A stretch of 64,000 bases of DNA from Eledone cirrhosa (lineage: Eukaryota). The position numbers and the translations under genes are program-made. Under the pieces are notes generated by a model. That model saw nothing but the letters and a program-made list of their open reading frames with translations, had not been told where the DNA came from and made no database searches. The stretch is taken from contig OZ024754.1 in the NCBI GenBank assembly GCA_964016885.1, positions 43,772,001-43,836,000 of the forward strand, written 5' to 3'. Of the stretch, positions 32,070 to 45,454 are shown in pieces. The number at the start of each line of letters is the position of its first letter. The first letter of the stretch is position 1.

Positions 32070-33385
32070 CAGACATCTCTTATATATACATACTCACACA
32101 CATATCTTAATATATACTCACACACATATCTTAATATATACTCACACACATATCTTAATATATACTCACACACATATCTTAATATATACATACACACATA
32201 TCTTAATATATACATACACACATATCTTAATATGTACATACACACATATATCTTAATATATACACACATACACATATATTGATATATACATACACACACA
32301 TATCTTAATATATACACACACACACATATATCTTAATATATACATACACACACATATCTTGATATATACATACACACATATATCTTAATATATACACACA
32401 CACACATATATCTTAATATATACATACACACACATATCTTAATATATACATACTCACACATATCTTAATATATACATACTCACGCATATATCTTAATATA
32501 TACATACTCACGCATATATCTTAATATATACATACTCACGCATATATCTTAATATATACACACATACACATATATCTTAATATATACATACACACACTAT
32601 CTTAATATATACATACACACATATCTTAATATGTACATACACACATATATCTTAATATATACACACATACACATATATCTTAATATATACATACACACAC
32701 TATCTTAATATATACATACACACATATCTTAATATGTATATACACACATATATCTTAATATATACACACATACACATATATCTTAATATATACATACACA
32801 CACATATCTTAATATATACACACACACACATATATCTTAATATATACATACACACACATATCTTAATATATACATACTCACGCATATATCTTAATATATA
32901 CATACTCACGCATATATCTTAATATATACATACTCACGCATATATCTTAATATATACATACATACACACATATCTTATTATATACAGACACACACATATC
33001 TTAATATATATATACACACACATATCTTAACCCTTCAACATTTAAACCAGCTATACCCAGCCAGAATTCTCTCACCTCTTTCTGTTCAAACCAGCTGTAG
33101 CCAGCCGTTCATACTGATGTTAAGATATTCTTCTCCAAATAAATAATATAAAAATCCCATAGATTCAATATTATGTGAGATAATTATGTCAGATAAAACC
33201 TTTACCATGAAAATACAATAGTATATATAGAGTAATGTAAATGGTAAAGGATTAATATATATACACATATCTTAATATATAACATACATACACATATCTT
33301 AATATATATATACACAGATATATCTTAATATATATACATACACATATCTTAATATATACACAGATGTTTCTTAATATATACATAA
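32070..33385. repeat. Minisatellite with ~24-32-bp units (tatcttaa + TA/CA), interrupted by a MITE at a TTAA
   Basis: Repeated tatcttaatatatacatacacacaca. Confidence 0.92.
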
Positions 33386-34462
33386 CATACATATGTGTAT
33401 CATCATTTAACATCCATTTTCGACACTAGCATGGGTAGGACTTTCACTATGTATGTATATATGTATGAGTGTGTGTGTATATGTGTATGTATGTATGTAT
33501 GTGCATGTATGTGTACATATATATGTGTGCGAATGTGTGTGTATGTATGTAATTGTGAGTGTGTGAATATGTATATGTATGTGTGAGTGTATGTATATGT
33601 ATGTAGGTTTGTATAGTGGAGTTGACTCTATTGCAAATATTCAGGCCAGACCTCTGGTTTCAGAATAATAAGCTCCCTTCATTCCACTGATGACGGAGGA
33701 AAATCTAAGCAGTTACAAAAAGTGTATTCCATCTCCTCTCCTCATCTACAAAGCCATGCAATAAATAGAAGTATTTCTCAGTAAAATAACACTTCCACTA
33801 TGCCATGCGAACTGAGACATTTAATATACAACAGGAATAGTATCCACTGTGTCATCTCATTTGAGAATATCTTCCGCTCCCTAAACCATTCAGAACAATA
33901 TCTTATATACCAGTCATATCTCACTGTCAGCTATTATTTAAATATAAAGAATATCAAATTTTTTTTTGTTTTAAAATGACTTCCCTCTTCTTTCATCACC
34001 GATTAAAAAATAAAAAAAAATTTAAAGGAATGTATCCAGACCACAATTATCTTCCCAACACCAGCTTGGTTTTATTGAGTTTCTTCCTAGGATTTCGGTA
34101 TTTTTCCTTATCTACAAGATTTGTGAAAGTTTCATTGCTCGACATAGCAACAGAAAGAAGTTTGATAAGGAAACCTTCAATCTCTCAGGTTAAACCCTCA
34201 CACTATTTTCAACGATTCTTCTCCTCCCCTGAAAATTGGTTAAATTTTCATCGAATCAAACTTTTAAGAGAAAAAGTCATCCTTTCAGCTCGGTATATAT
34301 AAGAAATAAGCAGTGACTCAATATTGAGAAATCTTGATTGACTTGGTTGATATCTGCTGCAGTTTGGTGAGAAGAAGGTATGTCAACATATCAAACAGAC
34401 CCTTTATCCATTTTAGGGGTTATTTTTTCTTTCTTATTCACCTTCTTTATTTAGTTAGTTTC

Positions 34463-34698
34463 TTAATTAGTCTGACGTACAGGAAACATCAAGACTTTAG
34501 CGTGCATGAAAGACAAATCAGGAAGAGTCTGCAGTATTATAGAAGCTTCCTGACTCAGATTTTCTTCAGATGTTGATTTTGTGTTAATTTTCTTCATGGT
34601 TGTTGATTTCGTGTTGGCTAACATATCCTCAAGGGGCTGCATTGGCTTGAAAGAAGGTAATGGCTTTAGAGGGCCACCCAGCAGTTCAGACTCAAACA
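34463..34698 (-). CDS. AFTPH: Aftiphilin last coding exon
   Basis: LSQEASIILQTLPDLSFMHAKVLMFP is the conserved aftiphilin C-terminus. Acceptor tttttcag, phase 1; TAA stop at 34465-34463. Confidence 0.95.
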
Positions 34699-35539
34699 CT
34701 GAAAAAGTAGAAGAAAAAATTATTAAGAAAAAATGCAGGTGAATAAAAAAAAAAGGTAACTTTTTAATAGTCACCTATAAACAAGGTAAATTCTAGATGT
34801 ATCCACTGCACAATTTACTCAAGTTAGGCAACATGCACGTTCAAGATCAAAAGAAGCACAATCTAAACCATAAGCATATTACTCGTATTATTTTGGGGAG
34901 TGCAAACGTTCATAATTTTCTGACAAAAATGACTAATTTTAGAGAGTATACTGGGTACATTTTTTGCGACACCAGCGCAACCACTTTACAGACTCAACAG
35001 CTATAGTTTGACAGAGGACTAATAATTGTTTCTTCTTTTGGCACAAGGTCAGCAATTACCCAGTACATTACTGGTACTTTATTTTATCAACCCCATAAGG
35101 ATGAAAGGCAAAGTGAACAGAAAGTTTCAATTTAGCAATTTGGTGTCTCATAAATGTAGTTATTTCATTTTCTCCAGTAAATAAACTGACTGAATGAAGT
35201 GAAAACAGAATATAATCTTATAGAAATAATAATTCAATTGATGTTATGACAATAAAGTGATAAACTTAATATAAAGAATGATTAGCTAATGTGCAGATAT
35301 GCCATAAAACAGCTTATAAAATAGACACATCATGAACACACCATTTTTAAAATTAACTTTATATTCTCAGCACTTAAAGTCTGAGAGATTGAAGACATAT
35401 CTTCATAGTGATAAATAAAGAGAGAAAAATTCTGTAAAAATTGAACAGAGACAGTTTTAGAACTAAATAAATCTTACACTAAAGGCATAAACGATAGAAA
35501 TTCTATATAAATTGGATAAAGATGATGTTTAGAACTAAC

Positions 35540-35620
35540 CTCCAGTTTTTGATGTTGTAGTTTCCGAAGAATTATTCACCACAAGGAAGTCCAGGTCCAA
35601 AGTATTTGCCGATGCTGCCG
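35540..35620 (-). CDS. AFTPH: Aftiphilin coding exon 6 (SAASANTLDLDFLVVNNSSETTTSKTG)
   Basis: Not in the ORF track. Acceptor ttttctttctag, donor G|gttagt; 81 nt, phase 1 to 1. LDLDF corresponds to the vertebrate clathrin-box LLNLDF. Confidence 0.85.
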
Positions 35621-36434
35621 CTAGAAAGAAAACGGATACTATTAACTGTTTTGATTCCAACCCAACCAAAACCAGTTCTGCTTTTATTAAACAAAACTAA
35701 CCATTTTAGTGGCTCCCAATACAAATTTAAATTTTCCACCATAATTTTAGATAACAATTGTTTGTTGTTAAAAATAATATTTAAAATATTAAATATTTTA
35801 ATATTAAAAATAATTAATAAATTAAAAGTAAATTCATCAAAATTCATCATTAATTAATTCAAATAGAGTTTCATTAGAAATATGGTAAGAAAAGACTTTA
35901 CAGAGAAGATTAACAGTTCTAAACATTTAGCAGTCAATAATCTTTATTATTATTATTGTACCAGTAATGTACTGAGTATTTGCTGGCCTTGTGCCAAAAT
36001 TATAAACAATTATTATTATTTCTTTATTATTGGTCCCAAGGGCCAAACATAGAAGACAATACAATGTTATTATTATTATTATTATTGTTGTTAGTTCTTG
36101 TTATTACTATTGTTGTTGTTGTTACTGTTACTATTGTTGTTGTTACTGTTATTGTTGTTACTATTGTTGTTGTTGTTACTGTTACTATTGTTGTTGTTAC
36201 TATTGTTGTTGTTACTACTGTTACTATTGTTGTTTCTATTGTTATTGTTATTGTTGTTGTTGTTGTTATTGTTGTTGTTACTATTGTTGTTATTGTTATT
36301 GTTATTATTATTGTTATTGTTGTTGTTGTTTCTATTGTTGTTATTATTATTATTATATTAGTCACACACAAACAAACGTAGAAATTAATACAAATTAAAA
36401 AGAAGAAAAAGAAGGAATATTCTCAGTGCGAGGG

Positions 36435-36730
36435 ATACATGTAGCATACTACATGTAGATACATGTAGCATACTACATGTAGATACATGTAGTGTACTAC
36501 ATGTAGATACATGTAGCATACTACATGTAGATACATGTAGTATTTAGTTGTAAACAGCTGGGTTGGGTACTACATGTAGATACATGTAGTATTTAGTTGT
36601 AAACAGCTGGGTTGGGTACTACATGTAGATACATGTAGTATTTAGTTGTAAACAGCTGGGTTGGGTACTACATGTAGATACATGTAGTATTTAGTTGTAA
36701 ACAGCTGGGTACTACATGTAGATACATGTA
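36435..36730. repeat. TACATGTA-palindrome minisatellite
   Basis: ctacatgtagatacatgtag units; longer units include acagctgggttggg. Confidence 0.9.
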
Positions 36731-36999
36731 TAGTAAAACATTAGAGAGGGGGGAGTAGACTCTCTTTCTTCCTCTCACCCCTACTCACCATTCTATTTGA
36801 GGTTATATCTTATCACCCCCCAAAAAACAATTTGTTTACTATACATATAGTATCCAGTTGAGATTCTGAAAGACTTAACAACACGAAACTTAAGTATTCT
36901 ATAAAAATGCATGCCCAGATTACCATGTATTAATATATATCAACATCATTGGTTTTATATCTACTTTTTCATGTTAGTATGGGTTGGATGGGATGTTCT

Positions 37000-37400
37000 A
37001 AGACCTCTAGTTCAAATATCTTCAGTTCAAGTTCAATGTGATATGAGACCTCTAGCTCAAATAACATCAGTTGAAGTTCAGTGAGGTATTAGAACAGTGG
37101 CTCAAATATCTTCAGTTCAAGTTTGGTGTGGTATGAGACCTCTAGCTCAAATAACATCAGTTGAAGTTCAGTGAGGTATTAGAACAGTGGCTCAAATATC
37201 TTCAGTTCAAGTTTGGTGTGGTATGAGACCTCTAGCTCAAATGACATCAGTTGAAGTTCAGTGAGGTATTAGAACAGTGGCTCAAATATCTCAGTTCAAG
37301 TTTGGTGTGGAATGAGACCTCTAGCTCAAATACCACCAGTTGAAGTTCAGTGAGGTATTAGAACAGTGGCTCAAATATCTTCAGTTGAGGTTCAGTGTAG
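37000..37400. repeat. 90-bp unit (dimer of ~45 bp) x~4.5
   Basis: gagacctctagctcaaataacatcagttgaagttcagtgaggtattagaacagtggctcaaatatcttcagttcaagtttggtgtggtat. Confidence 0.9.
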
Positions 37401-38413
37401 GTGTCATCATCATCATCATCATCATTTTTCGTCAGCTTTTCCCTGCTTTCAAGGGTACAAATTACAATGTCACAAGTCATTGGAGGCCAGCAACAACCAG
37501 AAGCCACCCCCACCTCTCATGTATACACACAGACAGACAGACAGACACACACACTTCGTCTATCACCAAAAATACAAATCAATGAGAGAACCTCTATGTA
37601 GTTTCTCAAGCAGCTAGAAACAGCAGCCAAAGACAACATATTGGATGAAATAGTCATTGGTATATTTAGAATGACATGACAATCAAAGCTGGAACATCTT
37701 TGGTTGTGGGTGAGTTCATTCAGAGCTAACCTGAGACTAAACAACACCAACACTACTAACAACAATAACAACAGTACCAACAACATCATTACCAACAATG
37801 CCACCACCACCACCAACAACAGCAACAGTACCAACACCAACACCAACACCAGCAGCACCAACAACAACAACAACACCAACAAAAGTGCCAACACCAACAA
37901 CACCAAAAATGCCACCACCACCAACACTACTAACAACAAATACCAACAACACCATTGCCAACAACAACAATATCACCACTAACAGCAGCAGCAGCAGAAA
38001 CAACAATAACACCAACAGCACCACTAACAACAGCAGCAGCAGCAGCAGAAGCAGCAGCAGCAGAAACAACAATAACACCAACAGCACCATCAACACCACT
38101 AACACCAACAGTACCACCAGAAACAACAATACCACCAACAGCACCAACACTACTAACAACAACACCAGTGCCAACACCAACAATGTCATCACCAGCAACA
38201 CCATCAACAAGTACCAACAGTACCAACACCAACAGTACCACCAGAAACAACAATAACACCAACAACAACAATAAAGATAAAAGAGAGAAATGGTTAGATG
38301 AGGCAAAAAAAAAAAATAAATGGAAAGAAAATAATAAAAGAAAAAGAAACCAGCAAAAGAAACCAACTTTGAATAATTCCATAATGAAAGAATATTGAAG
38401 TAGTAACAACAAA

Positions 38414-38592
38414 ATAATTGTTTCTACTTTAGGCACAAGGCCAGCAATTACCCAGTGCATTACTGGTACTTTATTTTATCGACCCCATATGGATGAAAGG
38501 CAAAGTCAACCTCGGCGGGATTTGAATTCAGACCGTAAAGGTCCGTAACTCTGTGCTACAAAGCATGGCGTCCGACTCTCTACCGATACTGC
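38414..38592 (-). mobile_element. SINE, same family
   Basis: Near full length. Other partial or older copies at ~1770-1950, 5620-5767, 28960-29110, 30680-30820, 30925-31030, 35020-35115, 39052-39148, 51520-51640, 61445-61510 and 63795-63950. Confidence 0.85.
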
Positions 38593-38914
38593 TGATGAAG
38601 AAGTAACAAACACAATAATGAAATAATATTGAAGAAGTAACAAACAAAACAAACAATATATAATAATAATAATAATAAAATAACATATCAAAACTGAAGT
38701 AGGAGTAAGAGGAGGTGGTATGAGGAAGAGGAGGTGAGGTAGAAGTAGGAGGATTAGTATGAAGTGAGGTAGTGAGAGGAGGAGGAAGAGTAGAAAGAAG
38801 AGGAGTAAGAGGAAGAGGAGGAGTAAGAGGAGGAGGAGGAGACATGGCAACAATGAAACAAGAAAAAAACAAGAGTAAACCAAAAAGAACTGAACAACAG
38901 TCCACCATGCCATG

Positions 38915-39885
38915 CCACGTCACATTGTCACACTGTCACTGTGTCACATTGTCACACTGTCACTGTGTCACTGTGTTACTGTCTCACTGTCATTATGTTA
39001 CCATGTCACATTGTCACACTGTCACTGTGTCACACTGTTACTGTGTCACACTTGACTTTGCCTTTCATCCTTACGGGGTCGATAAAATAAAGTACCAGTA
39101 ATGCACTGGGATAATTGCTGGCCTTGTGCCTAAAGTAGAAACAATTATGTTACTGTCACATTGTCACACTGTCACTGTGTCACACTGTTACTGTGTCACA
39201 CTGTCACTGTGTTACTGTCTCACTGTCATTATGTTACTGTGTCACATTGTCACACTGTCACTGTGTCACACTGTCACTGTCTCACTGTCATTATGTTACT
39301 GTGTCACACTGTCACACTGTTACTGTGTCACACTGTCACTGTGTTACTGTCTCACTGTCACTATGTTACTGTGTCACATTGTCTCACTATCACTGTGTCA
39401 CACTATGTTACTGTGTCACACTATGTTACTGTGTCACACTATGTTACTGTGTCACACTGTCACTGTGTCACACTATGTCACTGTGTCACACTATGTCACT
39501 GTGTCACACTGTTAATGTGTCACACTGTCACAGTCATTGTGTCACACTGTACCACTATGCCACTGTCACGCTATGTCACAGACACACTGTATCAGTGTGT
39601 CACTATGTCAATATGTCACTGTATGTCAATGTATCCCTCTGTCACTATGTCACCATGCCACATTTTGTCAATGTGTCAATCTATGTCACTATGTCACCAT
39701 GCCACTTTTTGTCATTGTGTGTCACTATGTCACTCTATACCACTGTGTCACAATGTGCGCCACTGTTCCACACTGTACCACAGTGTCACAATGTGTGCCA
39801 CAGTACCACAGTGCCACTGTGTCACAATGTGTGCCACAGTTCCACAGTGTGTGCCACAGTTCCACAGTTCCACACTGTGCCACAG
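38915..39885. repeat. Degenerate tgtcac/ctgtgtcaca satellite with a SINE fragment inserted
   Basis: Short-unit repeat; source of the Cys/His-rich spurious ORFs. Confidence 0.9.
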
Positions 39886-40034
39886 AGCAATGAAGGGAGC
39901 AATGTAGCAAGTAAAAATTATTGCCGAACTTCCCCTCCCAAGTAACTTTGTCATCCAGAAGAGTTTTACAAATTGAAACGAAAACGAAAGGAAATGAAAC
40001 GAAACAAAGAATAAATAGCAAGAGAGATGCTCAC

Positions 40035-40098
40035 ATTGCTCTAATGGATTAGTAAGACCACTACCAGTCCAGTCAAACTGCACAGGGGGGATATCAAC
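40035..40098 (-). CDS. AFTPH: Aftiphilin coding exon 5 (VDIPPVQFDWTGSGLTNPLEQ)
   Basis: Hallmark PPVQFDW..SGLTNPL motif. Upstream ctaac branch point and tttcag acceptor; donor gtgagc; 64 nt, phase 0 to 1. Confidence 0.93.
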
Positions 40099-40432
40099 CT
40101 GAAATCAGTAAAGAGAGAAATAGCAACAGCAGATAGATTCAGTTAGAAAGGCGAAAGAAAGTAGACAGCTTCTGCAAGGTGTGACCCAGTGGCCCCAGCA
40201 AAGGCAGGGATGGTGTGATGTGGTGTGGTGGTGGTTATAGGGTAGCAGGGTCTCTGGGATGTTCGATAGCTGCAGATAAAGGATTAGTTAAGGTGGATGA
40301 AGTTGTAAAAAGGTATAAAGGTGAGCTCACATGAAATAAAAGGTTTTAGATTAGGATAGCTATCCGGGAAAAAAAACATGTTTTCTAGATAATAATTATT
40401 AGTAACCACACAGCGCCATTCTCACTTTTTCA

Positions 40433-40480
<48 letters not shown>

Positions 40481-40800
40481 CTACTAAAACTCTGTGATTG
40501 TGTGCTTGTCTGTAATTTAATACAGCCAAAATGGCGCATAATGAGAAAATACTTTGAAAGGAACTTGCCCCTGAAATGGGAATACAAATGGAATAAAACA
40601 AGTTTCGCGTAAATCGGAGCACGAGTTCCCAAGATACAGGATTTTTCCGGGTACCTTCATAAATAGAGAGAGAGAGAGGGAAAGATGGAGAGAGATAGTG
40701 GTTGTGAGAAAGTAGATTGAAAGAGAGACATAGAGAGAGAAGGAGACAGAAAAGGAAAATGGAAGAGAGAGCTGGTGGGGGTGGTGTTATGTATATATAC

Positions 40801-40836
<36 letters not shown>

Positions 40837-40866
40837 CTGTGACCAGTGTATATAGGTCACAGACAC

Positions 40867-40904
<38 letters not shown>

Positions 40905-41497
40905 CATCATCGATTAACATCCATCTTCTACATCTACACTAGCATGGGTAGGACATATGTATATACACACACAGATATATATATGTATATATATATAAAC
41001 ATACTCATCATCCCACCCTTGCAAGCAGGGAAAAGCGGACGTAAAATGATGATGATGATGATGATGGTACCAGTAAAATTACTGGTATGTTTTCCAAGCT
41101 TGATGTAATCGTCCGTAAGTGACATATTTTGAAATTTGTCTATTTGTTTTGAAGACTAGGATGTGATCGTAACAACTCTTAATAACACGTGTATCTATTA
41201 ATTGATATATTGATAGAATCTACATTTATTGATTGAATTTTGATCTCTTCCTTTGAAACAATTGTAAACTAATAAATACTTAATGAATTTTGGTTGAATT
41301 TCTCTAATTATAACTTTGATATTTACACTCTGTCTATATATTTAATGCTTGGTTTATCCTTCATTTTGCCCCCTCTAAACACTTGTCTTGCAGGCTATAC
41401 ATACTGAGTACATTGTCTTCCTTACGGCTGGTTTTTAATTCTCACAAAGTAATCTATCTCTACACTCTCTTCTTGGGTTGGATTGCACACATACCTA

Positions 41498-41549
<52 letters not shown>

Positions 41550-41552
41550 TTT

Positions 41553-41732
41553 TTAAAAAGGAAAAGAATGACTTCACTTGTAGTTCAAACAATTTACTTT
41601 AATTTTATAATATTATGATTTTACAATTTGGTTTTGTCTCGTAAGTTCAAACCAAATTGTAAAATCATAATATTATAAAATTAAATTAAATTGTTTAGAA
41701 CTACAAGTGAAGTCATTCTTTTCCTTTTTTTA
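41553..41732. repeat. AT-rich inverted repeat with ~80-bp arms between (TA)n tracts
   Basis: aaaaaggaaaagaatgacttcacttgtagttc... / ...gaactacaagtgaagtcattcttttccttttt. Confidence 0.85.
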
Positions 41733-42174
41733 AATATACCTAACTGTACCAAGGATTTCATACATTCTCCAATATATATATATATATATATCATCATCAT
41801 CGTTTAATGTCTATCTTCTACACTAGCATGGGTTAGACGGGAATTGTCCCACTTGAGGCAAGATTGGTCAAGTGTGTGTGTGTGTTGGCTTGTCTTAAAA
41901 GGTTTTACATAATTATTACACAGGTTTAAACTACTTTCATACTTTAGTTTGACACAATATATACAGGATCAGTCCACACAAATCTGACATTAGTTCAACA
42001 GAAAAAAACAACTACAAAACTAAATGAAAAACATTTACAAAGTGTATGTATAAAACCAGTGTTGGTGAAATCTTGCTCTCTATGTATATACATTCATGCA
42101 TATACATATATGTATAAGCATATGTATAAACATGTATGCATATATATATATATATATATATATTGTCAGCTGTG

Positions 42175-42545
42175 GAAGAGCAGTGCTTACAGTTTTGATG
42201 AAGTCACCAGTAGCTGGACAGGTAATTTCTGTCAGTGTGTACTCCTCTCAAAAGCTGGTTATGTTGATCACCTGAAGTCACATGAAAGGATAACCACCTG
42301 CAACATCACTCAACAAACACCTGGTGAAACAACATGCGTGAGATGCAACAAAGTGTGTAGAACTAGTTCTGGACAAAAAAAAAAACACATGGTGGTACAT
42401 AAAGGTTGTGTCCCACAGGGTGACCCCACCGGTCCTGTGGAACGCACAACCCTCTTCTGTCACCTGTGTCATAAACCATGCAGATCTACAGCTGGCCTAC
42501 AAAGTCATCTACGAAGTGATGGACGTAAAATGATGATGATGATGA
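42175..42545 (+). mobile_element. RTE-like LINE 3' end with three C2H2-like zinc fingers and a (GAT)n tail
   Basis: C..LLSKAGYVDHLKSH, CVRCNKVCRTSSG...HMVVH and CHLCHKPCRSTAGLQSHLRS, followed by ggacgtaaaa(tga)n. Confidence 0.55.
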
Positions 42546-42612
42546 AGATGATATATATATATATGTGTGTGTGTGTATGTCTATATATGTATATAAATAT
42601 ATATATATGACA

Positions 42613-42644
<32 letters not shown>

Positions 42645-42726
42645 ATGTGTCTATATGTGTGCATATATGTATATAGTGACATCACAACTCATTTATACAG
42701 TGGAGTGAACTGGAGCGACATGAAAT

Positions 42727-42774
<48 letters not shown>

Positions 42775-42883
42775 GTGTGTGTGTGTGCGTGCGTGTGTGT
42801 GTGTGCGTGCGTGTGTGTGTGTGCGTATGCGTTTGTATAAAAAGTGGTTGACTAATGTGGTAATGAGGAATATGAACTGGTTA

Positions 42884-43098
42884 TATCATCATCATCGTTT
42901 TAGGTTGGCTTCTCCATGTTTGCATGGGTTGGACAGGTGTTATCCAACACAGCTTGTATCGGTCCTTCATCTCCCCTGCGAGGCTCTCTATTTCAAGAGC
43001 AGCTCTAACCACATCTAAACACCTTTTTCTTGGTCTTCCTCCACTGCAGCTTCCTTCCACTGGCATCACTTGGCACTTCTTCATCCAGACACCATCAT

Positions 43099-43100
<2 letters not shown>
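42884..43100 (-). mobile_element. RTE-clade LINE 3' fragment
   Basis: [26 protein letters not shown] (GRPR..W motif) plus a short 3'UTR and (GAT)n tail. Confidence 0.75.
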
Positions 43101-43153
<53 letters not shown>

Positions 43154-43264
43154 AAAAGAGTCAGGACCCCGACGGCTGAGCTCTGGCTGTTTCAACAACT
43201 AGATCCAAACTCTGGTGCGTTATTGTCCACCTGGTTTCTTAATACACACTTTCTTTGTGATATA

Positions 43265-43302
<38 letters not shown>

Positions 43303-43490
43303 TACATATATACACATATATATATACATATATACCTACATATATACATACATACATATATACACATATATACACACATATATATATACACATACATACA
43401 TATATATATACATACATATATATATATATATATGTATATATATGGATCAAGCAATATATATGAAGTACAACAAACAACAAGCAGTCTTAC

Positions 43491-43533
43491 CTTCAGCTGA
43501 CAATGGTTTTAATAGTTGCTGATTGTTAGTAAG
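43491..43533 (-). CDS. Candidate alternative aftiphilin exon ([14 protein letters not shown])
   Basis: Strong donor GAAG|gtaaga. Acceptors give an exon start at 43533 (43 nt) or 43518 (28 nt), both phase 0 to 1. LKPLSA also occurs in vertebrate aftiphilin. Confidence 0.4.
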
Positions 43534-43659
43534 CTATTATGTGGAACTAAAGCTACTAGTGTACACCACATCATTTACACAATACACAGTTTCTGGATAG
43601 ATATTACTATAGGTTAGACCTCACGCTTTTCTTATTAGATCTTCTGTTGTGATAAGATA

Positions 43660-44523
43660 ATGATGTGTTGTGATGTGTTGTGTTGTGATAATTTTGTATT
43701 GGGTTGTGTTGTGTTGTGATAATGTTGTGTTGTGGTAATGTTGTGTTGTGATGTGGTGTGTTGTGATAATGTTGTATTGTGTTGTGTTGTGTTGTGGTAA
43801 TTTTGTATTGGGTTGTGTTGTGTTGTGGTAATGTTGTGTTGTGTTGTGGTAATGTTGTGTTGTGTTGTGTTGTGTTGTGGTAATGTTGTGTTGTGTTGTG
43901 GTAATGTTGTGTTGTGTTGTGTTGTGTTGTGGTAATGTTGTGTTGTGTTGTGGTAATGTTGTGTTGTGATAATGTTGTGTTGTGTTGTGATAATGTTGTA
44001 TTGTGATGTGTTGTGATAATGTTGTATTGTGATGTGTTGTGATAATGTTGTGTTGTGATAATGTTGTATTGTGATGTGTTGTGATAATGTTGTGTTGTGA
44101 TAATGTTGTATTGTGATGTGTTGTGATAATGTTGTGTTGTGATAATGTTGTATTGTGATGTGTTGTGATAATGTTGTATTGTGATGTGTTGTGATAATGT
44201 TGTATTGTGATGTGTTGTGATAATGTTGTATTGTGATGTGTTGTGATAATGTTGTGTTGTGATAATGTTGTATTGTGATGTGTTGTGATAATGTTGTGTT
44301 GTGATAATGTTGTATTGTGATGTGTTGTGATAATGTTGTATTGTGATGTGTTGTGATAATGTTGTATTGTGATGTGTTGTGATAATGTTGTATTGTGATG
44401 TGTTGTGATAATGTTGTATTGTGATAATGTTGCGTTGTGTTGTGATAATGTTGTATTATGTCGTATTGTGATAATGTTGTGTTGTGTTGTGATAATGTTG
44501 TATTGTGATGTGTTGTGATAATG
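43660..44523. repeat. (TTGTG)n-derived satellite
   Basis: Pentamer repeat with higher-order variants. Confidence 0.92.
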
Positions 44524-44929
44524 TTTCAGTTCAAACTAGCCAAAACTAGCTACTCATACTGATGTTAAGTTATTATCTTCAAAATAAATAATATATATAG
44601 GGTAGATAGTTAAAGAGAGAAGTACATTTGAATTTACAAATAAGAGAAGAATGTTATAAGTATGTTTTTTGTGCATGTGTGTCAGTGCATGTATGTGTAT
44701 GTGTGTGTGTGTGTGCATGTAGAGGTGTATACATGTATGTGTATAGGTATGTGCATGTATGTGTGCATGTGTGCGTATCAAAATATTTAAATAGCAGTTT
44801 AATAACTGGTGGTTGACGTTCAATTTCTATACGGGAGGTGTCTCAGTAAATGTTTGAATTTATAAAAGAAGTCAAGTGACTTGCTCAAGGGTGTGATGCA
44901 CTTAACTGGGCAATATACACGTGTTAGTA

Positions 44930-45191
44930 GTGTTCCAGAAAATACTAATGTTACGAGAGTTCTAGAAAGTACTAATGTTACAAGAGTTCTAGAAAGTACT
45001 AATGTTATTAAAGTTCCAGAAAGTACTAATGTTACTAGAGTTCCAGAAAGTACTAATGTTACGAGAGTTCTAGAAAGTACTAATGTTATTAAAGTTCCAG
45101 AAAGTACTAATGTTACGAGAGTTCTAGAAAGTACTAATGTTACAAGAGTTCTAGAAAGTACTAATGTTATTAAAGTTCCAGAAAGTACTAA
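44930..45191. repeat. 27-bp minisatellite x~9-10
   Basis: agttctagaaagtactaatgttacgag repeated. Confidence 0.88.
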
Positions 45192-45420
45192 TTATGCATT
45201 GCAAGTTAAATTATGTGGTGTACCTTTAGATAAAGTGATCTAAGGTAAAAAACATAAATAGGCAAAGTGTAGCTAAACAAAGAATGAGAGAAAGAAATGT
45301 TGGTAGCAGAAACAAAAAGAAAGAAAAAACAGTGTTTAGAAGCTGTGTAGATGGAAAAAAAGGGGGTTAGCAACAGATTAAGGGGGAGTGTGGTGAGTGA
45401 GAGGGGTGCTGTATACATAC

Positions 45421-45454
45421 TCATTGTTTTCATGTCAACAGGAGTGGCCGCAGG
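45421..45454 (-). CDS. Candidate alternative aftiphilin micro-exon (PAATPVDMKTM)
   Basis: Strong polypyrimidine tract ttttcttgctctttacactttgacag, donor gtatgt; 34 nt, phase 0 to 1, the same phases as exon 5. Confidence 0.35.

Noticed and set aside
33686-33710. CTGATGA...GAAA hammerhead-like core
   Set aside because: No pairing for stems I or II.
37704-38398. Thr/Asn/Pro-rich ORFs
   Set aside because: A degenerate (AAC/ACC)n repeat in an intron, open in multiple frames.
39126-39945. Cys/His-rich metallothionein-like ORFs
   Set aside because: A tgtcac satellite open in several frames, lying within an aftiphilin intron.
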